This document shows positions 11,439 through 24,685 of a DNA stretch of 64,000 nt, piece after piece. The notes beneath the pieces are model-generated. The model was not told the DNA's origin. It saw only the letters and a program-made list of their open reading frames with translations, and searched no databases. Source of the stretch: Phyllobates terribilis (taxonomy: Eukaryota); contig NW_027362773.1 of the NCBI RefSeq assembly GCF_046119375.1, forward strand, positions 113,088,001-113,152,000. The letters are read 5' to 3'. Each line of letters opens with the position of its first letter. The first letter of the stretch is position 1. A program made the translations under genes and the position numbers.

Positions 11439-12373
11439 TGTTACGGATCCGGGTGGTGGAACCTCTGTGCTGCGGTGCAAGGAAGGACCAGAGGGGCATA
11501 ACTAGGTATCAACTCGGATCGACCAAGGTCGTACGGCGGCTCAATAGACTCCGTGACCAGGATGGGACCAGGTGCTACTCTGGGCCAGTCCTTGTATGAG
11601 AGCAGGTGACTCCCACAGGTCAGAAGGCAGAGACTGACCGGTACAGCGGATGAGCACGGCAGGCAGGCTGACGGGTGATCCGGGTAGACGGACTGGCAGA
11701 CACGGAAGGTAACAAGCAGGAGCCTCCAGGTAGGCTGGCTGGTAGGCACGGCAGGTAACAGGCAGGTTCTTCCAGGTAAGCGGGCTGGCTGGTAACAGGC
11801 AGGTGCTTCCAGTAAAGCAGGCTGGCAGGTAACAGGCAGGTGCTTCCAGGTAAGCAGACTGGCAGGTAACAGGCAGGTGCTTCCAGGTAAGCAGACTGGC
11901 AGGTAACAAGCATGTGCTTCCAGGTAAGCAGGCAGGTGTTTCCAGGTAAGCAGGCGGGCAAGGCCCATTGACAGATTGGCGGACTGGACTGTAGACGGAC
12001 TGTCGGGCTGGAAGGTAGACAAGCTGGCGGGCTGGACTGGTAGTCAGGCTGGCGGGCTGGACTGGTAGTCAGGCTGGCCGCGGGACCTGAGAGCTGAAGA
12101 AGAGTTTAACACACAAAGCTACAACCTTGCATGGGCACCTCCATTTTGGATGAGGTGCCTTTTATATGAGAGGTCCTCCGGCCATTGGCCGGGGACTACT
12201 TAGGACGGCGCGTGCGGCCCCTTTAAGAGGGAGGGAGCGCGCGTCCTAAGCACAGTGCCCAGGAAGCTGCGCGTGCCGGCAGAAGCAGGAGCGCCGGAGG
12301 ACGCCGGGTGGGGAGCGCGGCGGTAAGAGGGACGGCGTCTCTGCCTGTCAGGGGGCAGAGACGCCGATAATAT
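11439..12373 (-). repeat. 3' LTR of the Gypsy element, with an internal ~29-bp tandem array
   Basis: Begins TGTTACGGATCC on the plus strand and is homologous to 15663-16510. Array of GGCAGGTAACAGGCAGGTGCTTCCAGGTAAGCA units at ~11700-11960. Confidence 0.88.
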
Positions 12374-14698
12374 AGTACTCCCCCCTTTACGCCCCCTCTT
12401 CTTTAGGCCTGAAAGAAATTTTTTAAGGAGAAGCAGGGCGTGGATGTTCTCCCTGTGTTCCCAAGTTCTCTCCTCTGGGCCAAACCCCTTTTTTCCTCTT
12501 ACCCTCTAGACCGGAGCTGGGGAGGTACCTGGATTGTCGGAAAAAGAATTAAGCACAACTGGTTTGAGGAGAGATACGTGGAAGGAGTTGGGAATCCGTA
12601 AGGTGGCCGGGAGTTTTAACTTGTAGGCTACTGGATTGTTTTGCTTGAAGACTTCAAATGGACTGATGAACCGTGGACCCAACTTATAGGAGGGTATTTT
12701 GAGACGAACATGTTTGGAGGAGAGCCAAACCTTGTCTCCCAGACGGAATTGAGGCGGATCCAGACTTCTCTTATCCGCATGTCTCTTCATCCTCTCGGAG
12801 GTTTGAATAAGTGCGGATCTAGTGTCCTCCCACATAGTGGAAAATTCGCTGACCAGAGACTCCACGGCAGGGTTGTCCACTGAAGCGGAAACGGGAAACT
12901 GAATCCGGGGATGTTGACCGTAGACCCAAATGACTGTACAACCGGCAGAAACAGGAAGATCAGTAATAAAGTCCATAGCAATGTGTTGCCACGGGGCAGC
13001 AGGTACGGGAAGCGGCAGGAGCCGGCCGGCTGGAAGATGTCTGGGAACCTTGTTGCGGGCTCAGGACGAACAGGCCGTGACAAAGTCTACCACATCTTGG
13101 CGCAGGGTAGGCCACCAGTAATGCCGGGTAATGAGCAGGAAGGTCGTCTTCTGGCCAGCATGGCCGGCTAGTTTGGATGAATGACCCCAGTGAAGAACCT
13201 TCTTACGATCCGGAACCGCTACAAACGTCTTACCGGGTGGGAGACGAGACAGGTCCAAGGGAGCCACATTCATCACTTTGGAGGGATTGATGATATGCAT
13301 AGGCTCCTCCTCTTGATCGGAAGACAGGAAGAATCGGGACAAGGCGTCGGCCTTAACGTTCTTGTCTGCCGGGCGGTAATGTAGGGTAAAGTTGAAGCGG
13401 GCGAAGAACAAAGACCACCGGGCCTGACACTGATTGAGTCTTTGGGCATTCTGTAGATATGCCAGGTTTTTGTGGTCAGTATAGATGATCACCGGGTGCA
13501 GAGTGCCCTCGAGCAGGTAACGCCACTCCTCCAGCCCCAATTTGATGGCTAGCAGTTCTCGGTCTACTATGGAGTAGTTGTGCTGAGACAGGGAGAAGAG
13601 CTTGGAGAAGAAGCCGCAGGTTACCATTCTCCCAGATGAACATTTCTGAGTGAGCACCGCTCCGGCTCCGGAAGAGGAAGCATCAACCTCCAGAAAGAAC
13701 TGTTTGTTGCTATCCGGACGGTGCAGCACAGGGGCAGAAGAGAAGGCTTGTTTTAAGGAGAGGAAGGCCTCCTCCGCTTCGGACGGCCATTCCTTAGGAT
13801 TTGCTCCCTTTCAGGTGAGCGCAGAGATGGGAGCAGTCCGGGAAGAGAAATGTGGGATGAAGAGACGGTAATAGTTGGCGAAGCCCAGGAATCGCTGAAT
13901 CGCCTTCAACCCCTACGGACGGGGCCACTTTAAGATGGCAGAGACCTTCTCGGGGTCCATCCATAGACCTATCTTAGAGGTAATATAGTCCAGGAACGGA
14001 AGAGAGGTCTGTTCGAAGAGGCATTTCTCAAATTTTGCATATAGGTGATTCTGCATGAGCCTAAGCAGGACCTGATGAACATCCCTCCGGTGTGTAGGAA
14101 GATCCGGAGAGAAGACCAAGATGTCGTCCAGGTACACCACTACGCAAGAATATAAGAGGTCACGGAAGATGTCATTAACTAATTCTTGGAACATGGCGGG
14201 AGCATTACAGAGACCGAAGGGCATCACACGGTATTCATAGTGACCGTCCCGGGTATTGAATGTCGTCTTCCACTCGTCTCCTTGGCGGATCCGGACTAAG
14301 TTATACGCCCCACGAAGATCGAGCTTGGTGAAGATCTTTGCACCTTTAAGGCGGTCGAACTGCTCAGAGATGAGCGGCAGGGGGTATTTGTTTTTTATAG
14401 TAATTTGGTTGAGTCCTCTATAATCAATACAGGGGCGTAGTGAAACGTCTTTTTTTTTTTCCGAAGAAGAATCCAGCGGCTCCGGAATCCAGATGTGCGG
14501 TTTCAAAGAAGCGGTCCTCTCCACAGGAGATAGAGATGGACAAAGTCAAGAACGAAGAGGATTTACTCTTGCCCAGGATGACTCCGGAATCCAGATGTGC
14601 GGTTTCAAAGAAGCGGTCCTCTCCACAGGAGATAGAGATGGACAAAGTCAAGAACGGAGAGGATTTACTCCTGCCCAGGATGACCTCTCCGAGCAGTC

Positions 14699-15649
14699 CT
14701 AGACACTGGAGTTTCCCGACTTCACCAGACAGGAGCGGATCAGGTGCTCCTTACTACCACAGTAGAAACAGCTAACCTCGGCTCGGCGTATTTCTTGGCG
14801 ATACTTAACCATCTTGGTCTGGTCGATCTGCATGGGTTCGGGTGAGCGTGTCCGGGGAGTTGCTGTTTGGGAAGCCGGTTTCTGGAAAACAGGAGCAAGA
14901 CGGGGAAATTTTCTCTCCCGGGTAGTCTCCTTAGCACCTTCTAGGAAACAGATGTCAATCCGGGTAGCTAGTGACACCAGGTCATCCACGGTGGTCGGAA
15001 TGTCCCGGCCGGCTAACTCGTCCTTAATCCGACCGGAAAGACCCTCCCAGAAGGTGGACACCAGGGCCTCGTTGTCCCAGGCAAGCTCAGAAACGAGGGT
15101 ACGGAACCGTATGGTATACTGGCCCACGGTGAGCCTCCCTTGGCGGAGACGGAGCAATGAGGAGGCAGTAGAAATCCTTCATCCGGGTTCATCGAAGACC
15201 CTCCGGAAGGCAGTGAGGAAAGCCGGAAGATTGGACACCAGGGGATCCCCTCTCTCCCATGGAGGGTTTAGCCATGCCAATGCTTCCCCGGTGAGGTGAG
15301 ACATGATGAACGCCACCTTGGCCCGGTCGGAGGAAAACTGATGTGGCAGAAGTTCAAAATGCAGCGTGCACTGGTTCAGAAAGCCCCGACATAGGACGGG
15401 GTCACCTCCAAAACAAGGAGGCGCAGAGAGCCGGGGACCTAGGCTGGATGCCGTGGTATTGGTAGGCAGCGGCGCTGCCAGAGCGGGTGTCCCTCGACTT
15501 GAGGCGGCCACAGGTGGAACAGACAGTGTGTCCAGGCGAGAGTTGACAGACCGCAGGTAGGTCAGGATGGTTTCCTATTGGGATCTCTGACGAGAAACCT
15601 CCTGGTACAGGTCAGCAAGCGAAGGAGCCTGGGGGCCACCGGGTTCCAT
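14699..15649 (-). pseudogene. Gypsy gag (PEG10/RTL-like), disrupted
   Basis: ATG at 15649 directly after the PBS, an early in-frame TAG and a frameshift. ORF fragments 15179-15511 and 14699-15157 have typical vertebrate chromovirus Gag sequence. Confidence 0.8.
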
Positions 15650-15662
15650 GGCCCGTGCAAAC

Positions 15663-16510
15663 TGTTACGGATCCGGATGGTGGAACCTCTGTGCAAGGAA
15701 GGACCAGAGGGGCGTAACTAGGTATCAACTCGGACCGACCAAGGTCGTACGGCGACTCAATCGACTCCGTGACCAGGGAAGGACCGAGCAGAGGGACCAG
15801 GTGCTACTCTGGGACCGACCTTGTATGAGAGCAGGTGACTCCCACGGGTCAGAAGGCAGGGACTGACCGGTACAGCGGATGAGCACGGCAGGCAGGCTGA
15901 CGGGTGATCCGGGTAGACGGACTGGCAGACACGGCAGGTAACAAGCAGGCGCCTCCAGGTAGGCTGGCTGGTAGGCACGGCTGGTAACAGGCAGGTGCTT
16001 CCAGGTAGGCAGGCACGGCAGGTAACAGGCAGGTTCTTCAAGGTAAGCAGGCACGGCAGGTAACAGGCAGGTGCTTCCAGGTAAGCAGGCGGGCAAGGCC
16101 CATAGACAGACTGGCGGACTGGATTGTAGACAGACTGTCGGGCTGGAAGGTAGACAAGCTGGCGGACAGGACTGGTAGTCAGGCTGGCGGGCTGGACTGG
16201 TAGTCAGGCTGGCAGCGGGACCTGGGGGGCGAAGCAGAGTTTAACACACAAAGCTACAACCTTGCACTGGCACCTCCATTTTGGAGGAGGTGCCTTTTAT
16301 ATGAGAGGTCCTCCGGCCATTGGCGGGGACTCCTTAGGACGGCGCGCGCGGCCCCTTTAAGAGGGAGGGAGCGCGCGCGCCCTAAGCACAGTGCCCTGGA
16401 AGCTGCGTGCGCCGGCAGAAGCAGGAGCGCCGGAGGATGCCAGGCGGGGAGCGCGGCGGTAAGAGGGACGGCGTCTCTGCCTGTCAGGGGGCAGAGACAC
16501 CGATACTACA
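15663..16510 (-). repeat. 5' LTR of the Gypsy element
   Basis: TG...CA termini; TATAAAAG at 16301-16294 (minus); fewer internal tandem units than the 3' LTR. Confidence 0.9.
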
Positions 16511-16701
16511 AGGGTTAGCAAATCTCCGTGGTATACAACAAAATGCGTTGGTATAATTTGCAAAACTATGTTATACGTCATATTATCTCGTTATACTAAG
16601 TGTGCATGAGATGTTGGCAATTTTTTTTTGCATTAAAAGCTTTTTCTATTTAATAATTTAATGGCATGTCACTAGGTCATGGTCCAACCTCTGGGACCCA
16701 C

Positions 16702-17243
16702 TGTCACGCCAGGTGTGAGTGCAAAACAGAGGGGAAAGGGAAAGGGAGCCCAGACACTAGGGAAAGGGGGAAGAGGTGAACTCCTAATCTGGACTAGCGT
16801 CACCCTGTCTCCCCCTAACGTCCCTATACAGCCTGCGCAGCTGTCGCCGATCACATGCCTCGCCCTACTATCCCTGGCGTAAGGCTATAGCTGGGGGTGG
16901 AAGGAGATGAGCACTAGTCAACCTCCGCTAGCACTCTAAAGACAAGGGGAAGACAACACAGGGGAACAACAACTCAGCTTTAGAAGAAACTCCAACAGGG
17001 CACACTGCCTCAAGACTCCAAAGTGGACGTGATGCTACTTCAGCAAGTTCCAAGTAGGAATGAGTATAACCGGCGACGCCCACCTAGAGAGACCAGGTAT
17101 ATATACACCCAGACTAAAGGGAGGTAGTCGCTGGGTCCTAAACACAGCCTCCTATCTAGGCAGCTGTCTACATTGCCAAACATGGAGATCTCCTGCAAAC
17201 CACTGCAGGGCGACTGTCTGTCACCTCTGACACACCCGTGACA
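16702..17243. mobile_element. Solo LTR (542 bp)
   Basis: TGTCAC...GTGACA inverted termini with an exact 5-bp TSD CCCAC (16697-16701 and 17244-17248). Confidence 0.8.
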
Positions 17244-17351
17244 CCCACACAGTCCCTGAGAGACACTCAAGTCTAGATTCATTAAGACTGACTTTTTGTA
17301 CTACAGTCTTGATTTAGGGTGCCCTGGAGTAAGATGCTCCAAATTTATTAA

Positions 17352-17707
17352 AGAGGACCTGTCACTAGGTCAAAAGTGTCCTATTTGGGCTCTTATTTTA
17401 TTCCTTCTACTTCCCTGAGTAATACATTTTTTGTTTTTTTGGAATCCACCATACGGTTGCAGAGATATAGGCCTTTTTATTTAGTGACAATTTTTAGAGT
17501 CTTTTCTAAGGGGGTGTGGCTTATAGGGTAATTATGCAGAGCAGTCTAAAGACATGCCCCCCCAAGGATCCTGTGAGCACATATAGTACCATATCTCTGG
17601 AACCGTATGGTGGATTTAAAAAAAAAAAAACAACAACTCAGGGAAACACTGGGGAAAAAAATAAGAACCCAATCAAGCAACTTTTGATCTGGTGACAGGT
17701 CACCACT
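17352..17707. mobile_element. TTAA-flanked T2/Kolobok-type MITE
   Basis: TTAA|AGAGGACCTGTCAC ... GTGACAGGTCACCACT|TTAA with internal inverted repeats. Confidence 0.65.
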
Positions 17708-18383
17708 TTAAATCTGAAGGTGTTTAGATTGGGCATAATACCCAGTTTTTCAAGCTCTTAACCTGTAAGTAGAACCAGATTTTATCAGGACTCTCTGACA
17801 GGTCTCTTATGCTCCACCAAGAAAAAAGTAGTATATGTGTAGGGGCATAATTACAGGACCCATCTTCCACATAAGGAAACATTAGTCTGTATTCTATATA
17901 AAAATAAAAATTAAAAACTAAAGAGATGAACTTGACTATAAATTGGTGTGCATGCAATGTGTAGACGCATGTTCACACTGGCCACTAAACAGATAAAAAC
18001 AAAGTGAGCAAGTACCCTTCAGTAAATAAATAAAGAGCAGTTGTGCATGAAAATTACATAGGGTACTTAGTTAACATAATTGAGAAAAAAAAATGTAAAA
18101 GACATCCCACCACATCAAGGTGACCCTATTCTATTCTGAATAGGGTCACCTTGACGTGATGGCATGGCTAAATCTTAGTCTGGACCCCAGAAACTAAAAT
18201 TAACACCATTTTCAGCAATAAAATGTGTAGGTGATACTTGTTAGACGGTTGTAGGTCCCATCAATGGGACCCCCACTAATTGCCAGAACAGGGGTCTTAT
18301 TTCCTGTCTTATCCCCTGGATCTCCACTGGTCCTTGTCAGAAAATAAGTCCTGACTATTTAAAGGTGTATTCTGATCTACATA

Positions 18384-19927
<1,544 letters not shown>

Positions 19928-20304
19928 TATATTATCACTTATCCACTGGCTAGATGAAAAGGGTTAGATTGATGTTGGTTCTACCAATGGGAGCCCACAG
20001 ATAGCCAAGTCCCGATCTGGAAATCTTTGTATCGTCAGTGCCATACTCATTAGGCAGCTGTCGGCCAATTGGACAGCTGACTCCTCTATACATAGGAACG
20101 CTCAGCTGAATGCTCCTCTATGAGAAAGCAGCCTAAAGACACCCCCCCATAGGATCCTGTGAGCACCACCCACTTAAAAAAGACCATAAAAAGTGGCACT
20201 GACCCAATAGTACCATGCTATAATTATTAAAATGTAAGCTAAAAACTATGAAAAGTGAAAAAGCAATCAGAATCCTCATGTACTGTAAGAAATTGTTTCT
20301 TTAC

Positions 20305-20532
20305 CTGCATCGACGCCTCCTTCACTTCAGTGATCTTGCTCCAGTACAGACTGAAACTGTTCATATTGTACGAGTTCTGGAGAAGCTTTACCATGTCGAT
20401 TACTTTTTTGGAGTCCAGGGGCAAAGTGTTCCATCCTCCGAGAACAGGAGCAACCTCTGCTTTAATCAATTCCTCCACAGGGACACAGTAGCCAAAACAG
20501 ACGAAAGAGAAGAGGAGTATGATAGAATTCAT
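20305..20532 (-). CDS. CST6: Cystatin E/M-like protein, coding exon 1 (signal peptide and helix)
   Basis: MNSIILLFSFVCFGYC signal-like sequence, LGGW N-terminal motif, and SYNMNSFSLYW resembling human CST6 SYNMGSNSIYY (recalled from memory). Ends in Q followed by a GTAAAG donor. An acceptor at 20541-20542 suggests an upstream non-coding exon. Orthology inferred from sequence and BANF1 linkage. Confidence 0.85.
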
Positions 20533-20921
20533 ATTTCCGTCTGATACATGCAAGAAATACGGTACAAGAAGTCTTGCAATGCTAAGATGGTTACACCTAA
20601 TATATATGCTAATGGAATCCAGCCTATCCCTCTAAGTACACGTGTGAGCAGCCAAGGCGTGTAACTTTGCTAATAGCAAATATTAGGACTTGTCAACAAA
20701 GGAATGTGTGGTTAGTTTACAGATGTAGGTTATGCAAAGCCTCTTCTTAAATGGGTATCTCATGTTTGTTGTTCAGGTGCACCCGTCTCCCCAGACTCAA
20801 CGCCTCCCTGCTTACCGGGGAACATTGTGCTCCTGAAGATTGACAATTCGAGCCTGTGACATAGCTGCGCCATTGCTCTGTACCATCTCAAACTGGGTAG
20901 CAACACCCAGCTAAGTGTATA

Positions 20922-23719
20922 CAGTGGCATGTAAAAGTTTGGGCACCCCTGGTCAAAATTACTGTTATATTTGTGTGCTCAGATAACTTTGACCAAGGTT
21001 TCAGACCTTAATTAGCCTGTTAGGGTTATGGCTTGTTCACCATCATTGTTAGGATAGACCAGGAGATGCAAATTTCCCAGCTTTATAAAAACCAGCCTCC
21101 TCTAACCTTGTGCCAAAAAACAGCAGCCATTCTAAGCAGCTGCCTAGCACTCTGACAATGAAAATAGTGGAGGCCCACAAAGCAGGAAAAGGCTATAAGA
21201 AGATAGCAAAGTGTTTTCAAGTTGCCCTTTTCTCAGTTCGAAATGTAATTAAGAAATGGCTGTTATCTGGAACAGTGGAGGTCAAGATAAGGTCTGGAAG
21301 ACCAAGCAACATTTCAGTGAGATCTGCTCGTAGGATTGCTAGAGAGGCAATCCAGAACCCCCGCTTGACTGCAAAAGACCTTCAGAAAGATTTAGCCGAC
21401 TCTGGAGTTGTGGTACATTTTTCTACTGTTCACAGACACTTGCACAAATATGGCCTTCATGGAAGAGTCATCAGAAGAAAACCTCTCCTACATTGTTACC
21501 ATAAAATTCAGCGTCAGAAGTATGCAAAAGAACATATAAACAAGCCTGATGCAGTTTGGAAACAAGTCCTGTGGACCGATGAGGATAAAATAGAACTCTT
21601 TGGCCACAATGATCAAAAGGTATGTGTGGAAAAAAAAGGGCACAGAATTTCAGGAAAAGAACATCTCGCCAACCATTAAGCATGGGGGTGGATCAATCAT
21701 GCTTTGGGGTTGTGTTGCAGCCTATGGCACAGGGAACATTTCACGGGTAGAGGGAAGAATGGATTCAATGAAATTTCAAAAAATTCTTGATGCAAACATA
21801 ACACAATCTGTAAAAAAAGCTGCAGTTCAAAAGAGGTCAGATTTTACAAATGATTAATGATCCTAAACACACATCAAAATCCACAATAAAGTGCAATCTG
21901 AAGATTTTACAATGGCCCTCACAATCCCCTGATCTGAACATCATTGAAAATCTGTGGCTAGACCTCAAAATAGCAGCGCAAGCAAGACGACCCAGGAAGC
22001 TCACAGAACTGGAAGAATTTTCCAAGGAACAATGGATAACAGTCTCTCAAGCAAGAATTGAAAGACTCTTGTCTGGCTACAAAAAGCGTTTATAAGCTGT
22101 GATACTTTCAAAGGAAGGTGGTGGGGGTTCTATGTACTAACCATGCAGGGTGCCCAAACTTTTGCATCAGCCCATCTTCCTTTTTCTAATGTTTAAAATG
22201 TAAAAGATGAAAATATATACAGTACATACCAAAAGTTTGGACACACCTTCTCATTTAAAGATTTCTCTGTACTTTCATGACTATGAAAATTGTACATTCA
22301 CACTGAAGGCATCAAAACTATGAATTAACACATGTGGAATTATATACTTAACAAAAAAGTGTGAAACAACTGAAAATATGTCTTATATTCTAGGTTCTTC
22401 AAAGTAGCCACCTTTTGCTTTGATGACTGCTTTGCACACTCTTGGCATTCTCTTGATGAGCTTCAAGAGGTAGTCACCGGAAATGGTTTTCACCTCACAG
22501 GTGTGCCCTGTCAGGTTTAATAAGTGGGATTTCTTGCTTTACAAATGGGGTTGGGACCATCAGTTGTGTTGTGCAGAAGTCTGGTGGATACACAGCTGAT
22601 AGTCCTACTGAATAGAATGTTAGAATTTGTATTATGGCAAGAAAAAAGCAGCTAAGTAAAGAAAAACGAGTGGCCATCATTACTTTAAGAAATGAAGGTC
22701 AGTCAGTGCGAAAAATTGGGAAAACTTTGAAAGTGTCCCCAAGTGCAGTTGCAAAAACCATCAAGCGCTACAAAGAAACTGGCTCACATGAGGACCGCCC
22801 AGGAAAGGAAGACCAAGAGTCACCTCTGCTTCTGAGGATAAGTTTATCCGAGTCACCAGCCTCAGAAATCGCAGGTTAACAGCAGCTCAGATTAGAGACC
22901 AGGTCAATTCCACACAGAGTTCTAGCAGCAGACACATCTCTACAACAACTGTTAAGAGGAGACTTTGTGCAGCAGGCCTTCATGGTAAAATAGCTGCTAG
23001 GAAACCACTGCTAAGGACAGGCAACAAGCAGAAGAGACTTGTTTGGGCTAAAGAACACAAGGAATGGACATTAGACCAGTGGAAATCTGTGCTTTGGTCT
23101 GATGAGTCCAAATTTGAGATCTTTGGTTCCAACCACCGTGTCTTTGTGTGACGCAGAAAAGGTGAACGGATGGACTCTACATGCCTGGTTCCCACCGTGA
23201 AGCATGGAGGAGGAGGTGTGATGGTGTGGGGGTGCTTTGCTGGTGACACTGTTGGGGATTTATTCAAAATTGAAGGCATACTGAACCAGCATGGCTACCA
23301 CAGCATCTTGCAGCGGCATGCTATTCCATCCGGTTTGCATTTAGCTGGACAATCATTTATTTTTCAACAGGACAATGACCCCAAACACACCTCCAGGCTG
23401 TGTAAGGGCTATAGAATATAAGACATATTTTCAGTTGTTTCACGCTTTTTTGTTAAGTATATAATTCCACATGTGTTAATTCATAGTTTTGATGCCTTCA
23501 GTGTGAATGTACAATTTTCATAGTCATGAAAATACAGAAAAATCTTTAAATGAGAACTTTTGGTCTGTACTGTATATATATTTTTTTTGCCTAAAATACA
23601 AAGGAAATGTGTCATCTTTAACTTTAGGCCTTTTAGAGATCATTTCATCTTTAACACGCTTAACTGTTCACAATAACAGTAATTTTGACCAGGGGTGCCC
23701 AAACTTTTATATGCCATTG
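20922..23719 (+). mobile_element. Tc1 transposon (decayed) hosting a nested Tc1
   Basis: TIRs CAGTGGCATGTAAAAGTTTGGGCACCCCTGGTCAAAATTACTGTT, TA TSDs, and transposase fragments 21110-21679, 21600-21857 and 21850-22095. Confidence 0.9.
22220..23572 (+). mobile_element. Nested Tc1, same family as 36223-37853, internally deleted
   Basis: TIR CAGTACA..CCAAAAGTTTGGACACAC, TA flanks, transposase start MARKKQLSKEKRVAIITLR (22634), truncated after [16 protein letters not shown]. Confidence 0.9.
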
Positions 23720-24354
23720 TAAGTGTTGTGGTGCTGCCCAGTCAGGTAGGGGATGTTCCTGCTGACCATCCTATTTTTTGTGTGATTAGTATTTTGTTTT
23801 GTGGCCAACATGCATTATTTAAGTGTTACCAGTTATTGTATTTGGTTTTTCACAATAATCCTGATGCGCTGTTCTTACTGTTGTAACCCTTACATCATCC
23901 AAGTCTGTGATTGCTCCAGAGTTTTGACTTGGGTTGCTTGATTGAGTTTTGACTGACCTCTGGGTACCTGAGTGTTCCTCTGACTTCCCTACATCTCCTG
24001 ATTTTGCCACTCCAGTTATTGACCTAACTAGTCTGTCTCAGGCTCACTCCGTGAACACAACCCAGGGGGCCCTATTTTATGTCCAGATTCCTGTATACGG
24101 GTGAAAGCTCGGTTGATTGTCGGACCGGTTACAAGAAATAAAATAGAAGCATTCCTGCAATGCTAAGATGGCAACACCTGATAAACACGCTGCTGGAATC
24201 CATCCAAACTCAGGGGGCCCTGTTGTAAGTTCAGTCTAAATTCCTATCTAGGGGTGAAAGGGTAAAGCCCAAGGTACTTTGGGGACCTGTTAAGCAAAGT
24301 GTACAGGAATTATGTAGGACGTTCAGGGATTGAACTACAGATAACTCAAAGTTA

Positions 24355-24685
24355 CCTTCTTTGATGAAGCCCACTTTAGACAATTTGGGACATCAGGAAG
24401 AATGATTGCCTGGAGAAAAAAAGGTGAGCGTTACCAGGAGTCCTGTGTCTTCCACCAGTAGAGTATCCTGAGACCATTCATGACTTTTCATCCATGGAGG
24501 CGGCTCACTCACAATTTTACCTATCATCACTGCTATGGATAAAGAATGGGATCTAAGCATCACCCAAGAGCAACTTGTCCCAACCATCTGGGAGAAATTT
24601 GGTGATAAAGCTTTTTTCCAGCATGATGGAGACCATGTCACAAGCCAAATGTGATAACTAAGTGGCTCAGTGAACAAAATAAAGA
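24355..24685 (+). mobile_element. Tc1 transposase fragment
   Basis: Degenerate catalytic-domain sequence (WRKKGERYQESC..., FQHDG.....AK.ITKWL.EQ) with no TIRs seen. Confidence 0.55.

Larger units (their letters stand above)
11439..16510 (-). mobile_element. Ty3/Gypsy chromovirus (Tf1/sushi-like) LTR retrotransposon, internally deleted
   Basis: Two LTRs, 5-bp TSD AGGGT (11434-11438 and 16511-16515), PPT AAAGGGGGGAGTAC next to the 3' LTR. Contains Gag with a CCHC knuckle CFYCGSKEHLIRSC, RT with YLDD (13913-14524), RNase H (13061-13729), a truncated integrase and a chromodomain remnant (GPEERTWEHRENIHA). Confidence 0.93.

Noticed and set aside
11441-12022. Repetitive ORFs in several frames (also 15725-16096)
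   Set aside because: They are translations of the ~29-bp VNTR inside the LTRs.
14440-15560. Plus-strand ORFs over gag and pol (e.g. 14814-15299, 14440-14775)
   Set aside because: Antisense shadows of GC-rich retroelement coding sequence with no independent support.
20239-20553. Single-exon 104-aa protein as listed in the ORF track
   Set aside because: Similarity to cystatins stops at the GT donor after Gln (20304). The first Met lies upstream of a splice acceptor and the tail is intron read-through.
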